Shown: positions 28,319-38,979, counted from the stretch's first letter. The stretch is 64,000 nt of DNA from an uncultured Enterobacteriaceae bacterium (GCA_964523765.1 CAZFZX010000001.1:28332-92331); one strand, 5' to 3'. The notes: generated by a model from the letters alone, not told the origin. Program-made: numbers and translations.

Positions 28319-28777
28319 TCAGGTGCCGAAGACGTCGCTTGGCTCTTTGAAGGCCTTGAACTCCAGACAGTTACCGCTCGGGTCCTCGACAAAAAACGTC
28401 GCCTGCTCGCCCGCCTGACCCTTGAAGCGCACGTGCGGTTCCACCCGGAAATTTACGCCGATATAGGTCATGTGGTCGACCGCGCGATGCCAGTCCTCCC
28501 AATCCATGGTGAGGCCGAAATGGGGAACCGGGATATCGTGGCCTTCGATAGTATTCATTACCTCGGGGCCGCGATCCGGAACCAGGTGCGCGGTGATCTG
28601 ATAACCAAAGAAATTGAGGTCCATCCAAGATTCAGTACTCCGGCCTATCCGACAGCCGAGTACATCGACATAGAAATTCCTTGTCGTTTCGAGGTCGAGC
28701 ACGGCAAACGCCAAATAGAAGCTCGGCCTTCCCTGGAATTCTTCAAGCGGCCCGACACTGCTCATTTTATTGGCCAT
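28319..28777 (-). CDS. VOC (glyoxalase/bleomycin-resistance/dioxygenase) family protein
   Basis: 152 aa with a paired beta-alpha-beta-beta-beta module pattern and His/Glu metal ligands. Overlaps the upstream aldolase gene by 11 bp (operon). Confidence 0.75.
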   Translation of the reverse strand: MANKMSSVGPLEEFQGRPSFYLAFAVLDLETTRNFYVDVLGCRIGRSTESWMDLNFFGYQITAHLVPDRGPEVMNTIEGHDIPVPHFGLTMDWEDWHRAVDHMTYIGVNFRVEPHVRFKGQAGEQATFFVEDPSGNCLEFKAFKEPSDVFGT

Positions 28778-29417
28778 AGGTTTCGAATTTCTTCAGCACT
28801 TCTCGCATTTGTTGTTCATCCAGGATCACTGGGTCGCCTTGCTGCTTAGCGATGCAATACTGCTTTGCCAATTCTTCGACCTCGATCGCCAACCTTACGG
28901 CGGCGGTCGGCGTCGCACCCAGAGCTAACGCGCCGTGATTTGCGAGCAAACAAGCTCGTCGCCCGTTGAGCGCGGACACCGCGTGGTCCGATAGCTCCTG
29001 CGTTCCGAACGTAGCATAGGGCGCGCAGGGGATCGAATCACCACCCGCTATCGCGACCATATAGTGGAACGCGGGCAGGGACTTTCCCGTACACGCGAGC
29101 GCCGTCGCGTAGCTCGAGTGGGTATGGACGATCGCACGGATTTCCGGCCGGGCGCGGTAGATGCCCTGATGCATCCGCCATTCCGACGACGGCCGCGAGG
29201 TCGGCTCCGGCTCGGGGTTGCGAAGCGACATCGCGACGCACGATTCGATCGTCAACGCGCCCGGCAAAACGCCGGTAGGAGTGATCCAGTAATTTTCCGG
29301 GCCGGCGCGGCAGCTTGCGTTCCCTGCACTCCCGGTATTCAAACCCGCGGCATCGAGATATCGCATTGTCCGCACGAGCTCGGCCACCGGTTCGGCGTTG
29401 AGTTCAGTCGGTTTCAT
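28767..29417 (-). CDS. class II aldolase/adducin family protein (fuculose-phosphate aldolase / Ru5P-4-epimerase-like)
   Basis: LNTGSAGNASCR and AIVHTHSSYATALAC Zn-binding His motifs of class II aldolases. The start codon at 29417 directly abuts the terminal inverted repeat of the repeat element. Confidence 0.85.
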   Translation of the reverse strand: MKPTELNAEPVAELVRTMRYLDAAGLNTGSAGNASCRAGPENYWITPTGVLPGALTIESCVAMSLRNPEPEPTSRPSSEWRMHQGIYRARPEIRAIVHTHSSYATALACTGKSLPAFHYMVAIAGGDSIPCAPYATFGTQELSDHAVSALNGRRACLLANHGALALGATPTAAVRLAIEVEELAKQYCIAKQQGDPVILDEQQMREVLKKFETYGQ

Positions 29418-29571
29418 CTAAAGAATCTCTGATTCATTCTGAGACAGTCGAGTTGCGGCCCGAAACTGCTCAGGTCAAGGCGCGGCGCGGAGACGATAGC
29501 GCCGCAACGCGGACCTGGACGATTTTGGGCGCAAGGCGACATTCCATGAATTGATCAGAGGTTCCCTAAGA
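29418..29571. repeat. copy A of a MITE/REP-like element with ~30-bp terminal inverted repeats; it fills the entire ilvA-aldolase spacer
   Basis: Left end CTAAAGAATCTCTGATTCATTCTGAGACAGTCG and right end CGACATTCCATGAATTGATCAGAGGTTCCCTAAG are inverted repeats. An internal GTTGCGGC...GCCGCAAC stem is present. About 80-85% identical to the 46626-46796 copy. Confidence 0.8.
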
Positions 29572-31086
29572 CTAGCTCAGGAATAACTCGTAAGCGGGAT
29601 TATCGTGTTCTTCCACGTATTCCATGTTCAGATCGGCCAGAAACGCTTGGAATTCCGCACGATCGGCCGGCGGGATCTGGATCCCCATCAAGACGCGCCC
29701 GTAGGCGGCGCCGTGATTGCGATAATGGAACAAGCTGATATTCCAGCGCCCGCCGATCTGGGTCAAGAAATGCAATAACGCGCCCGGCCGTTCCGGAAAT
29801 TCGAACCGCAGCAGCCGCTCGTTCGATATCCCGCCGGCGTGCCCTCCAACCATGTAACGGACATGCATCTTAGCCAGCTCGTTCGCCGAAATGTCGATGA
29901 CCTTGAAACCTTTTTCCTCCAGATTCTCCATCAAGGCTGCTTTTTCGACGTCACCGTGCCGTAGTCGGATGCCCGCGAAGACCACTGCGTTGTCGTGATC
30001 GGAATATCGATAATTGAATTCAGTAATTGCGCGCGCTCCCAGCGCGTGGCAGAAGTGTCGAAAGCTGCCCGGCCGTTCCGGAATGGTGGTTGCGATCAGG
30101 GCCTCACGGTGCTCGCCGAGCGCCGCAAGCTCCGCGATGTGTCGCAACCGGTCGAAGTTCACATTAGCGCCACTGAAGATGGCGACCACGTCGAGTCCGG
30201 AGGCGGACTCCCGTTTCACCCATTGTTTCAGGCCGGCAAGCGCGAGCGCCCCCGCCGGTTCGGCGATCGCGCGAGTATCTTCGAAAATATCCTTAACGGC
30301 GGCACAGATTTCATCGATATTCACGGTAAGTATTTCGTCGACGCAACGCTCCGCGACTCGGAACGTTTCCTCTCCGACCTGCCGAACAGCAGCACCGTCA
30401 GCGAATATGCCGACGCGTTCGAGCGTCACTCGTTTGCCGGCCGCAAGCGCCGACTTCATACTCGCGGCTTCTTCGGCTTCGACCCCGATGATCCGGATCG
30501 ACGGCTCCAGTGCTTTGACATAGGCACCAATCCCGGCGATCAAACCGCCACCGCCGACCGGGACGAATATCGCGTCGATACGGCCCGGATGTTGGCGCAG
30601 GATTTCCATGCCCACGGTCCCCTGCCCGGCGATTACCAACGGGTGATCGTAGGGCGGAATGTAAGTCGAACCGGTTTTCTTGGCGATCACGTGCGCGTGT
30701 TCGCTCGCTTCATCGTAGGTGTTCCCGTGCAGGACGATATCCGCGCCCAGCCGCCGGACGGAAACAATCTTGATCTCAGGGGTAGTTTTCGGCATCACTA
30801 TCGTCGCGCCGACCTGCAACTTCGCAGCGGCCATGGCGACACCTTGTGCGTGATTGCCGGCCGACGCCGTAATTACGCCTTTTTCGCGCTCCGCCTGCGA
30901 AAGTCTTACCATTAGATTGTAGGCGCCGCGGATCTTGTAGGAGAAAACGGGCTGCATGTCCTCCCGCTTTATCCAAACGGCATTGTCAAGACGCCGGCTC
31001 AGCTCCGGAGCGGCCTCCAGCGGCGTTTCGCGGGCGATATCATAGACCGGAGCCTTGAGGATCATCTTTAGGTAATCGTCGAGCAT
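29572..31086 (-). CDS. ilvA: threonine dehydratase, biosynthetic (PLP enzyme with two ACT-like regulatory domains)
   Basis: PVFSYKIRGAYN PLP-lysine motif, GGGGLIAG loop, and a 504 aa length with a C-terminal regulatory domain duplication. Confidence 0.95.
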   Translation of the reverse strand: MLDDYLKMILKAPVYDIARETPLEAAPELSRRLDNAVWIKREDMQPVFSYKIRGAYNLMVRLSQAEREKGVITASAGNHAQGVAMAAAKLQVGATIVMPKTTPEIKIVSVRRLGADIVLHGNTYDEASEHAHVIAKKTGSTYIPPYDHPLVIAGQGTVGMEILRQHPGRIDAIFVPVGGGGLIAGIGAYVKALEPSIRIIGVEAEEAASMKSALAAGKRVTLERVGIFADGAAVRQVGEETFRVAERCVDEILTVNIDEICAAVKDIFEDTRAIAEPAGALALAGLKQWVKRESASGLDVVAIFSGANVNFDRLRHIAELAALGEHREALIATTIPERPGSFRHFCHALGARAITEFNYRYSDHDNAVVFAGIRLRHGDVEKAALMENLEEKGFKVIDISANELAKMHVRYMVGGHAGGISNERLLRFEFPERPGALLHFLTQIGGRWNISLFHYRNHGAAYGRVLMGIQIPPADRAEFQAFLADLNMEYVEEHDNPAYELFLS

Positions 31087-31159
31087 CCGTATAAGATACC
31101 ATTTAGCGCTATGGGCGGTATCCTCTATTGTCCAGCGAGATTAGTCAGGGTTATGAGGT

Positions 31160-31816
31160 ATGGATCAGAACGCGAAAAAGCAGGCGGCCGCGGAGGCCGC
31201 CATCAAACTCATTGAACTCGAAGGTTACATAGGTGTCGGTACCGGAAGCACGGCCGATTACTTCATCGATCTGCTGACTCAACACAAACATCAGATCGAA
31301 GGCGCGGTTGCCAGTTCCGAAGCCTCGGCCGCCCGGCTGAAAGCAAACGGGATCAGCGTGCTCGATCTCAACGGTGTCGGAGACCTCGCCGTTTACGTCG
31401 ACGGCGCGGACGAAGCCACCCATCACCGGCACCTGATTAAGGGCGGCGGTGGTGCGTTGACGCGCGAGAAAATCGTTGCGCAAGCTAGTACGTTATTTAT
31501 CTGTATCGTCGACGACTCGAAAGTCGTCGACCGCCTGGGGCGGTTTCCCCTACCGATCGAAGTAATACCCATGGCGCGGAGTTTTGTGGCGAGAGAAATG
31601 GTCAAATTGGGCGGCCGACCGGAACTTCGACACGGATTTACCACCGACAACGGCAATCAGATCATCGATGTCTACGACCTTGAAATCCGAGAACCCGTCG
31701 CCTTAGAAGAGACGATTAACCAGGTCCCGGGCGTAGTTACCAATGGTCTGTTCGCGCGGCGCGGCGCCGACATCGTCCTCGTCGGCGGTGACGAAGGCGT
31801 GAAACGGCTGGACTAG
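31160..31816 (+). CDS. rpiA: ribose-5-phosphate isomerase A
   Basis: [12 protein letters not shown] and DGADE motifs; 218 aa. Confidence 0.95.
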   Translation: MDQNAKKQAAAEAAIKLIELEGYIGVGTGSTADYFIDLLTQHKHQIEGAVASSEASAARLKANGISVLDLNGVGDLAVYVDGADEATHHRHLIKGGGGALTREKIVAQASTLFICIVDDSKVVDRLGRFPLPIEVIPMARSFVAREMVKLGGRPELRHGFTTDNGNQIIDVYDLEIREPVALEETINQVPGVVTNGLFARRGADIVLVGGDEGVKRLD

Positions 31817-31837
31817 CGGCACTGTGCGGGCCCCCGA

Positions 31838-32650
31838 CTACGCAGTCCCCGAGCTCTGATCGCCCATCTCTTTCGGCTCGTCTTCGTCCTCTTCTTCCTT
31901 GATATACAGCTTGCATAGCGCGAGACCCACTTCAAACAGCAGCCACACCGGAACCGCTAACAATATTTGGGAGATTATGTCGGGCGGTGTCAGCAGCATT
32001 CCGAGCACGAACGATGCGACGATAATGTAGGGCCGTTTAGCCGCTAAGGCTTCGCGGGTCGTAATGCCGGTCCTTACGGCCAGATAAGTGGCGACGGGCA
32101 CTTCGAAGGCCGCACCGAACGCAAAGAATAGTTTCAAGACGAAATCCAGATACCGGCTGATATCGGTCATTACCGTGACGCCCTCTGGCGCGATCGCCGT
32201 GAAGAAACCGAACATCAGCGGAAAAACGACGTAGTAGGCAAAGGCAATGCCGAGATAGAACAATAGCGTGGTCGAAACGAGAACCGGAAGCGCAAGCTGT
32301 TGTTCATTACGATAAAGGCCCGGCGCAACGAACGCCCAGGCTTGATAAAAAATGTAGGGCGCGGAAATAAAAATCGCGACAAACAGGGTCAATTTGAAAG
32401 GAGCCAGGAATGGTGAAGCGACTTCCGTCGCAATCATCGTCGCCCCCGTTTCCGCCATGTGGTGCAACAATGGTTCCGCCAGCCAGAGGTACAAATCGTT
32501 GGCAAACGGCATGAGCACCAACAGCACGAGCAACACGCACAGAAGCGCAGCCATAATACGCTTGCGCAGTTCTCTCAGGTGGGAAACGAAGCTTTGTTCG
32601 CTACGATCAAGGCCGTCCGTTTCTTGCGCTGTTTCTTCCTCGGCGGACAT
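31838..32650 (-). CDS. tatC: twin-arginine translocase subunit TatC
   Basis: FVSHLRELRKRIM N-terminal motif, six predicted TM helices and the tatA-tatB-tatC order. Confidence 0.95.
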   Translation of the reverse strand: MSAEEETAQETDGLDRSEQSFVSHLRELRKRIMAALLCVLLVLLVLMPFANDLYLWLAEPLLHHMAETGATMIATEVASPFLAPFKLTLFVAIFISAPYIFYQAWAFVAPGLYRNEQQLALPVLVSTTLLFYLGIAFAYYVVFPLMFGFFTAIAPEGVTVMTDISRYLDFVLKLFFAFGAAFEVPVATYLAVRTGITTREALAAKRPYIIVASFVLGMLLTPPDIISQILLAVPVWLLFEVGLALCKLYIKEEEDEDEPKEMGDQSSGTA

Positions 32651-32661
32651 AGAGAATTCGT

Positions 32662-32952
32662 TTAGGAGCCGGCCTTGTCTTCCACCCGAATTTCATTCTC
32701 GATATCTATCGGTTCCTCGAGGGTTTTGGCGAAATCGTCCAGGGATTTCTTCGAAAAATCACTCTTGAAGTTCTCGATTTCCGAAAATTCCGCTTCTCGC
32801 TCCAAATCGTATTTGAGCTCGCGCATCGTCCGTTTCGCACGGCCGATCAGTTGCCCCGCCGTACGGGTCATAGCCGGTAGGCGATCCGGGCCGACGACGA
32901 CCAACGCGACGATTGCGATGAGGGAGACCTCCCAGAAGCCGACGTCAAACAC
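32662..32952 (-). CDS. tatB: twin-arginine translocase subunit TatB
   Basis: MFDVGFWEVSLIAIVALVVVGPDRLP N-terminus. Confidence 0.85.
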   Translation of the reverse strand: MFDVGFWEVSLIAIVALVVVGPDRLPAMTRTAGQLIGRAKRTMRELKYDLEREAEFSEIENFKSDFSKKSLDDFAKTLEEPIDIENEIRVEDKAGS

Positions 32953-32964
32953 CGCAGATTCCGC

Positions 32965-33186
32965 CTATACGTTCTCTTTTTCCGCTACGCTGGCGTCGCC
33001 TTCGATCACGCGCCCGGATTCTGCCTGGACGACGTCATCGGTGCCGTCTTCGCCGTCTTTCAATGCCTTCTTGAAGTCACGGATCCAACCTCCGACGTCG
33101 GTCCCGACATTGCGGATTTTCTTAGTCCCGAACACCAACATCACGATGACCAGGATGACGATAAGTTCCTTAATTCCGAACGACAT
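32965..33186 (-). CDS. tatA: twin-arginine translocase subunit TatA
   Basis: MSFGIKELIVILVIVMLVFGTKKIRNVG N-terminus; 73 aa. Confidence 0.9.
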   Translation of the reverse strand: MSFGIKELIVILVIVMLVFGTKKIRNVGTDVGGWIRDFKKALKDGEDGTDDVVQAESGRVIEGDASVAEKENV

Positions 33187-33223
33187 GCTCTGCCTCCAAG
33201 GGCGTAACTGCTAACCCAGACGC

Positions 33224-33547
33224 CTATTGTTGCTGACGCGAGGCCTTTTCCTCAAGCCCCGACTGCCCGAAACGGCGTTCCAGCTCCGACATCACACGGT
33301 CGGAGCTAATGCCTTTATAAGCCAATAAGACCAGGGAATGAAACCAAAGGTCCGCCGTTTCGCGAATAATCTGGTCCTGAGACCCCGCTTTTCCGGAAAT
33401 CACGAGCTCCGTGGCCTCTTCGCCGATTTTCTTCAAAATGTGATCGACACCGTCGGCATAAAGCCCGGCCACGTAGGATTGGCGCGGATCGGCCGTTTTC
33501 CGCTCCTCGAGAATGCGATAAAGTTCATCGATGATGTCCGCTGGCAT
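33224..33547 (-). CDS. hisE: phosphoribosyl-ATP pyrophosphatase
   Basis: 107 aa with LYRILEERK...YVAGLYADG...EEATELVI...ADLWFHSLVLL HisE motifs. Confidence 0.9.
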   Translation of the reverse strand: MPADIIDELYRILEERKTADPRQSYVAGLYADGVDHILKKIGEEATELVISGKAGSQDQIIRETADLWFHSLVLLAYKGISSDRVMSELERRFGQSGLEEKASRQQQ

Positions 33548-33564
33548 CAGTCTGCCTCCCTATG

Positions 33565-33954
33565 CTACGGCGTGCGACCGTAGATAGCCGCCGGGTCCTT
33601 GACGACCGGATCGGTGTTACTCCAGCTCTCGTCCTCGTATTTTCGGTAAAAACAGCTCTCCCTGCCGGTATGGCAAGCGATCCCGCCGACCTGCTCGACC
33701 AAAAGCAGGATCGCGTCGGCATCGCAGTCGATCCTCAGTTCGCGCAGACGCTGAACGTGTCCGGACTCCTCGCCTTTACGCCACAGCCGGCGTCGCGAGC
33801 GCGACCAGTAAACCGCCCGGTTCTCTGCCACGGTGGCTGCCAGTGCCTCACGATTCATCCAGGCAAGCGTCAACAGGCGACCGCTGTCGTAAGTTTGCGC
33901 TACCGCAGGAACTAAACCCTGCTCGTCCCACTTGATTTCGTCCAGCCAGCTCAT
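33565..33954 (-). CDS. hisI: phosphoribosyl-AMP cyclohydrolase
   Basis: [26 protein letters not shown]...[18 protein letters not shown] and cysteine motif CHTGRESCF. Confidence 0.9.
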   Translation of the reverse strand: MSWLDEIKWDEQGLVPAVAQTYDSGRLLTLAWMNREALAATVAENRAVYWSRSRRRLWRKGEESGHVQRLRELRIDCDADAILLLVEQVGGIACHTGRESCFYRKYEDESWSNTDPVVKDPAAIYGRTP

Positions 33955-34718
33955 AATCGAACTTCGATCCCGCTCTGCCGCATATGGGCTTTGGCCTCGG
34001 CCACCGTATGCTCACCGAAATGAAAGATACTCGCCGCAAGTACGGCGTCTGCGTGTCCTTGGCATACCCCGGCTGTCAAATGAGCCAGCGTCCCGACGCC
34101 GCCCGATGCGATCACCGGAATCGGCGTAGTATCGGCCACCGCGCGTATGAGTTCGATGTCGAAGCCATCACGGGTGCCGTCGCGGTCCATACTCGTCAGC
34201 AGGATCTCGCCGGCGCCGAGTTCGGCCATTCGGGAACACCACTGTACCGCATCGATTCCGGTCGGTTCGCGCCCGCCATGGGTGTATATTTCCCATGCGG
34301 GCGGCTCGACTTTGGTTCGTCGGGCGTCGACCGCGACGACGATACATTGCGCTCCGAACTTAGTTGCCGCCTCTCGCACGAATTCCGCGTTAGCCACCGC
34401 CGCGGTATTGATCGATACCTTGTCCGCGCCCGCGATCAATAATCGACGGATGTCTTCGATCGTCCGGACGCCACCGCCGACAGTCAGCGGAATGAATACC
34501 TGACTCGCGACTTCTTCGACCACGTTGGCCATGGTGTCTCGCCGCTCGTGGCTCGCGGTAATATCGAGAAACGTTATCTCGTCGGCGCCCTGTTCGTTGT
34601 AACGCTTGGCGACCTCAACCGGATCACCGGCATCCTTTATGTCGACAAAACGAATACCCTTGACCACTCGCCCCGCGTCTACGTCGAGGCAAGGGATCAC
34701 CCGCTTGGCCAGCGCCAT
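33951..34718 (-). CDS. hisF: imidazole glycerol phosphate synthase cyclase subunit
   Basis: [17 protein letters not shown]...VASGGVG motifs; overlaps hisI. Confidence 0.95.
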   Translation of the reverse strand: MALAKRVIPCLDVDAGRVVKGIRFVDIKDAGDPVEVAKRYNEQGADEITFLDITASHERRDTMANVVEEVASQVFIPLTVGGGVRTIEDIRRLLIAGADKVSINTAAVANAEFVREAATKFGAQCIVVAVDARRTKVEPPAWEIYTHGGREPTGIDAVQWCSRMAELGAGEILLTSMDRDGTRDGFDIELIRAVADTTPIPVIASGGVGTLAHLTAGVCQGHADAVLAASIFHFGEHTVAEAKAHMRQSGIEVRL

Positions 34719-35467
34719 CAGTCGCCGCCTTGGCCACTTAACTGATCCGCCAGCGCTTGCGCTTCCGCTAAGTCGAGGGTTCCTTCATAGATAGCGCGCC
34801 CGGTTATCGCGGCTTGGACGCCCTCTGCTTCGACCGCACACAGCGCACGGATATCATCGAGGTTAGTCACCCCACCCGAGGCGATGACCGGTATCGCTAA
34901 TTCCTGGGCGAACGCAACGGTGGCCTCAATATTCAATCCGTCCATCATGCCGTCGCGGCTGATATCCGTAAAAACGATGGCCGCAACGCCATCCTTCTCG
35001 AAATGCTGAGCGAGATCAACCGCATCGTGCCGAGACAATTTCGACCAACCTTCGATGGCAACCTTCCCGTCGCGCACGTCCAAGCCGACGATGATATGCC
35101 CGGGAAACTCCAAGCACATGTCCGAAACGAAATGCGACGCCGTAACCGCCTTCGTCCCGAGGATCACGTAGCGTACCCCAGCGTCGAGGTATTCTTGAAT
35201 GCTGTCCTCGTCGCGTATGCCACCACCGATCTGAATGGGCAGGTCAGGAAACCGCTCGGCGATGTCGTGGACCACCGCGGAATTCACCGGTTTCCCCGTT
35301 GCCGCTCCATCCAGGTCAACGATATGCAGGCGCCTCGCGCCGGCTTCCACCCACTTTGCGGCGGTGGCGATCGGATCGTCCGAGTATACGGTATCGTCAT
35401 CCATGCGCCCTTGTTTGAGGCGGACGCACTGGCCATTTTTCAGATCAATTGCAGGGATCAACAACAT
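34718..35467 (-). CDS. hisA: 1-(5-phosphoribosyl)-5-[(5-phosphoribosylamino)methylideneamino]imidazole-4-carboxamide isomerase
   Basis: [17 protein letters not shown]...VIASGGV motifs. Confidence 0.95.
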   Translation of the reverse strand: MLLIPAIDLKNGQCVRLKQGRMDDDTVYSDDPIATAAKWVEAGARRLHIVDLDGAATGKPVNSAVVHDIAERFPDLPIQIGGGIRDEDSIQEYLDAGVRYVILGTKAVTASHFVSDMCLEFPGHIIVGLDVRDGKVAIEGWSKLSRHDAVDLAQHFEKDGVAAIVFTDISRDGMMDGLNIEATVAFAQELAIPVIASGGVTNLDDIRALCAVEAEGVQAAITGRAIYEGTLDLAEAQALADQLSGQGGD

Positions 35468-35626
35468 GACTGCGAGCCTGTTGATTTCTCAGATTGCTTA
35501 GAAGTGGTCTTCGCGGGTGGACGAGGTTCAATTCATTCGTAGTTCGACTGTTGAAGTTTAGCACATACGAATTTCGATATCGTAAAGCTCTGGACCACCG
35601 GCCGTGCGGTAACCCCCCTAAGACGG

Positions 35627-38323
35627 TCAATGCGCCTCGTCCCAGTTGGCGCCCCGGCCCTCATCGACCACGAGCGGGACGGCCAGATCGGCGGCACCGA
35701 CCATCAGCTCGCGGATCCGCTCGGAGACGGTGAAAACGGCTTCCTCATCGACCTCAAACACCAACTCGTCGTGCACCTGCATGATCAATGTCGCGGGCAC
35801 CGATTCGTTTTCGATCCATGCATCGACCGCAATCATCGCGCGTTTGATGATGTCTGCGGCGGTACCTTGCATTGGTGCATTGATGGCCGTGCGCTCGGCA
35901 TATTGCCGTCGCTGTGCGTTACGGGCCTCGATCTCGGGCAAATACAATCGGCGACCAAAAATCGTTTCCACGAAACCTTGCTCTCGTGCCCGAACTTTGA
36001 TTTCGTCCATGAACGACTTCACACCCGGGTAACGGACAAAGTACAAATCGACGTATTCCTGCGCGGCAGCGCGGTCGATACCGAGTTGCCGCCCCAATCC
36101 GAATGCGGACATGCCGTAAATCAGACCAAAATTCACCGCTTTCGCCGCCCGGCGCTGTTCGCCGCTGACGGCGGTCGGGGCGACCCCGAGGATCTCTGCC
36201 GCCGTCGCACGATGCACATCGTCGCCGGCCCTGAAAGCCTCCAGTAAACGTTGGTCCTCGGACAAATGCGCCATGATCCTCAGTTCGATTTGGGAGTAAT
36301 CCGCGGCTACCAATACGCGCCCTGGCGGCGCTATGAAGGCATGTCGTATGCGTCGTCCCTCCGCGGTCCGGATCGGAATATTTTGAAGATTCGGATCCGA
36401 TGACGAGAGGCGGCCGGTAGCCGTAACGGCTTGGTGATAACTCGTATGAACTCGGCCGGTAAGTGAGGAGATCTCTAACGGCAGTTTGTCAGTGTACGTC
36501 GATTTCAACTTACTCAAAGCTCGGTGCTCCAAGATCAGTTTTGGCAGAGGGTAGTCGTCGGCGAGTTCAGCCAATACGGCCTCGGCGGTCGAAGGCTGGC
36601 CTTTGGGTGTTTTCGCCCTGACCGGGAGACCCATTTTTTGAAAAAGAATCGTCTGGATCTGCTTCGGAGAACCGATGTTGAATACCTCGCCGGCGCAATC
36701 GTGAGCCTCGGCTTCGAGTTCGTTCAACCGTAGCTCGAGTTCGCGGCTCTGGCTCGCCAGCATCTCCGCATCGACGAGCACCCCGCGGCGTTCTATTCGG
36801 GAAAGAACGGGCACCAAAGGCATTTCGATTTCACTGAAAACGCTCGCTAATGCCTTCTCTTGCTGCAATTTTGGCATCAATGTTCGGTGCAGACAGAGAC
36901 AAGCTTCGGCGTCTTCGCCGGCATAAGGCGCCGCTTGTTCGATCGCAACTTGATTGAATCCAATTTGCTTCGCACCTTTTCCGGCAACATCTTCGTAATG
37001 GATCGTGTTACGACCGAGGTGTTTGGATACGAGTGTGTCTAGATCGTGACGACTGCCGACACTGTTCAGGACGTAGGACTCAAGCATCGTGTCGTACTCA
37101 ATTCCGTTGAGTTCGATCCCATAGTTCTGTAAAATGTTGCGATCGTATTTCAGGTGGTGCCCAAGCTTCGGCTTTCTTGGGTTTTCGAGTAACGGCCGCA
37201 AACGTTCGAGCACCATGCTGCGATCGAGTTGCGCGGGTGCGCCCGGGTAATCATGGGCCACGGGTACATAAGCGGCCGCTCCCGGCGCGACCGAAAACGA
37301 TAGGCCCACGATCTCTGCCTCCATGTAATTCAGGCTTGTCGTCTCGGTGTCGAAAGCAAAATAGTCGGCGCTTTCCAACATCTGGAGCCAACGCGCCAAA
37401 TGAGCGTCGTCTAGCACCGTTTCGTAATTGATTTCGGCCCCGGTGGCGAACGCCGAACCTTCGTCGGACACGACATCCCCGAGTTGCTTCAGCCAGCTCT
37501 TGAATTCCAATTCACGGAACAATTCGAGAAGACGCTTTTCATCGCGGTTCTCCAGCCGTAAGTCTTGCGGCGCCACATCCAGGTCGATCTCGTCGATGAT
37601 GGTGACGAGGCGTTTATACAAGGAGAGGTCGTCGATACTGTCGCGCAGGTTCGCCCCGACCTTGCCGGGTATCGCGGCGGCGCCGGCAATGATGTGATCA
37701 AGGTCGTCGTATTCTTTCAGCCACTTTACGGCGGTCTTTGGGCCCACCTTATCGACACCCGGAATATTGTCGACTTTATCGCCGACGAGCGTCAGATAGT
37801 CGACCATTTGTTCCGGCCGGACCCCGAATTTCTGGACGACGCCTTCGACGTCGAGAACCGAGTGGTCCATCGTGTTGACGAGCCGGGTACGGCCGTCGAC
37901 CAGTTGCGCCATATCCTTATCACCGGTAGAGATGATCACCTCGATGTCGTCGGCCGCCGCCCGCCGGGCCAAGGTACCGATGACGTCATCGGCCTCGACC
38001 CGATCGACGATAAGAAGAGGATAACCAAGGGCCCTTACTATTTCGAGAATCGGCGGCACCTGAGCTCTGAGCGCGTCCGGCATCGGCGGCCTGTTAGCCT
38101 TGTAGGCCGGGTACCAATCGTTCCGTATCGTCTTCCCTTTGGGGTCGAACACGACGCCGAAAAGCTCCGGCTCGTACTCCTCATAGAGACTCCGCAGCAT
38201 CGCTATGACACCGTGGACTGCACCCGTCGGGAAGTCCTTGGAGTTCTTTAGCTCCGGCAAAGCATGAAAAGCCCGATAGAGGTACGACGAACCATCGACG
38301 AGAACCAGTTTTTTGCTACTCAT
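35627..38323 (-). CDS. polA: DNA polymerase I
   Basis: 5'-nuclease N-terminus (MSSKKLVLVDGSSYLYRAFHAL), 3'-5' exonuclease (FDTETTSL) and polymerase motifs (RRAAKAVNFGLIYG, QVHDELVFE). Start chosen at 38323; the track ORF extends to 38368. Confidence 0.95.
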   Translation of the reverse strand: MSSKKLVLVDGSSYLYRAFHALPELKNSKDFPTGAVHGVIAMLRSLYEEYEPELFGVVFDPKGKTIRNDWYPAYKANRPPMPDALRAQVPPILEIVRALGYPLLIVDRVEADDVIGTLARRAAADDIEVIISTGDKDMAQLVDGRTRLVNTMDHSVLDVEGVVQKFGVRPEQMVDYLTLVGDKVDNIPGVDKVGPKTAVKWLKEYDDLDHIIAGAAAIPGKVGANLRDSIDDLSLYKRLVTIIDEIDLDVAPQDLRLENRDEKRLLELFRELEFKSWLKQLGDVVSDEGSAFATGAEINYETVLDDAHLARWLQMLESADYFAFDTETTSLNYMEAEIVGLSFSVAPGAAAYVPVAHDYPGAPAQLDRSMVLERLRPLLENPRKPKLGHHLKYDRNILQNYGIELNGIEYDTMLESYVLNSVGSRHDLDTLVSKHLGRNTIHYEDVAGKGAKQIGFNQVAIEQAAPYAGEDAEACLCLHRTLMPKLQQEKALASVFSEIEMPLVPVLSRIERRGVLVDAEMLASQSRELELRLNELEAEAHDCAGEVFNIGSPKQIQTILFQKMGLPVRAKTPKGQPSTAEAVLAELADDYPLPKLILEHRALSKLKSTYTDKLPLEISSLTGRVHTSYHQAVTATGRLSSSDPNLQNIPIRTAEGRRIRHAFIAPPGRVLVAADYSQIELRIMAHLSEDQRLLEAFRAGDDVHRATAAEILGVAPTAVSGEQRRAAKAVNFGLIYGMSAFGLGRQLGIDRAAAQEYVDLYFVRYPGVKSFMDEIKVRAREQGFVETIFGRRLYLPEIEARNAQRRQYAERTAINAPMQGTAADIIKRAMIAVDAWIENESVPATLIMQVHDELVFEVDEEAVFTVSERIRELMVGAADLAVPLVVDEGRGANWDEAH

Positions 38324-38437
38324 AGTTAGAATCCGGCTGCCGGCGCCGGGACCGGCAGGAACTGGCAACGCATAAATGCTATGCTATTTCCCCGCTCGCG
38401 TTGCTAGCGATGTTGATGTAGATGTTGAGAAAAATAA

Positions 38438-38785
38438 ATGTTTCGTAACAGTTCCGCCATAGCATTATCGTGTTTGGTTTTTTTCGCCGCCAGACTCAGA
38501 GCCGAAGCGCCTTCCGGGCTTGAAGAACTCCCGGCGCCGCTGCCGCCGCCTGAACGCGTAGAACACGACGAGGGAATGGAACCGGAAGTAACCATTATCC
38601 AGCGCGAGGACGCGACGGTCGAAGAGTACCGCGTAAACGGCCAACTCTATATGGTCAAAATAACACCGGTCGTGGGCAAACCGTACTATTTCGTCGACCG
38701 CGACGGTGACGGACTCATGGAGTCGCGGATGAGCGACCTCTACAATCCGACGCGTGTGCCGCAATGGGTGATCTTTAGCTGGTAA
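38438..38785 (+). CDS. small secreted protein, DUF2782-like
   Basis: Signal peptide (MFRNSSAIALSCLVFFAARLRA). Conserved position between polA and thrB in pseudomonads. Confidence 0.5.
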   Translation: MFRNSSAIALSCLVFFAARLRAEAPSGLEELPAPLPPPERVEHDEGMEPEVTIIQREDATVEEYRVNGQLYMVKITPVVGKPYYFVDRDGDGLMESRMSDLYNPTRVPQWVIFSW

Positions 38786-38979
38786 GTTTTCGTCGACCGG
38801 GGGTGCGGCCAGAAGGGGTTTTTCTCACCCGGTCGAAACGCGCGAGTTTGTCCTTCGAGTTTCATCATGCGTATCCGTCTACACAAAGACGGGGCATCCA
38901 TCACTGCTGAAGAACTTGAACGTGACCGACCTGCCGGACCGCGTCCGATCGGAATACTAACGAGGGTCGGGAGTGAGCC

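Noticed and set aside
38324-38368. N-terminal extensions of ORFs relative to my chosen starts (polA 38368, hpf 46565, lptA 49994, bamC 12166, ompA-like 40907, murU-like 52999, SufT-like 601)
   Set aside because: Homologue N-termini, signal-peptide and lipobox positions and SD sequences all favour the internal starts. The extended versions add non-conserved, often basic residues.
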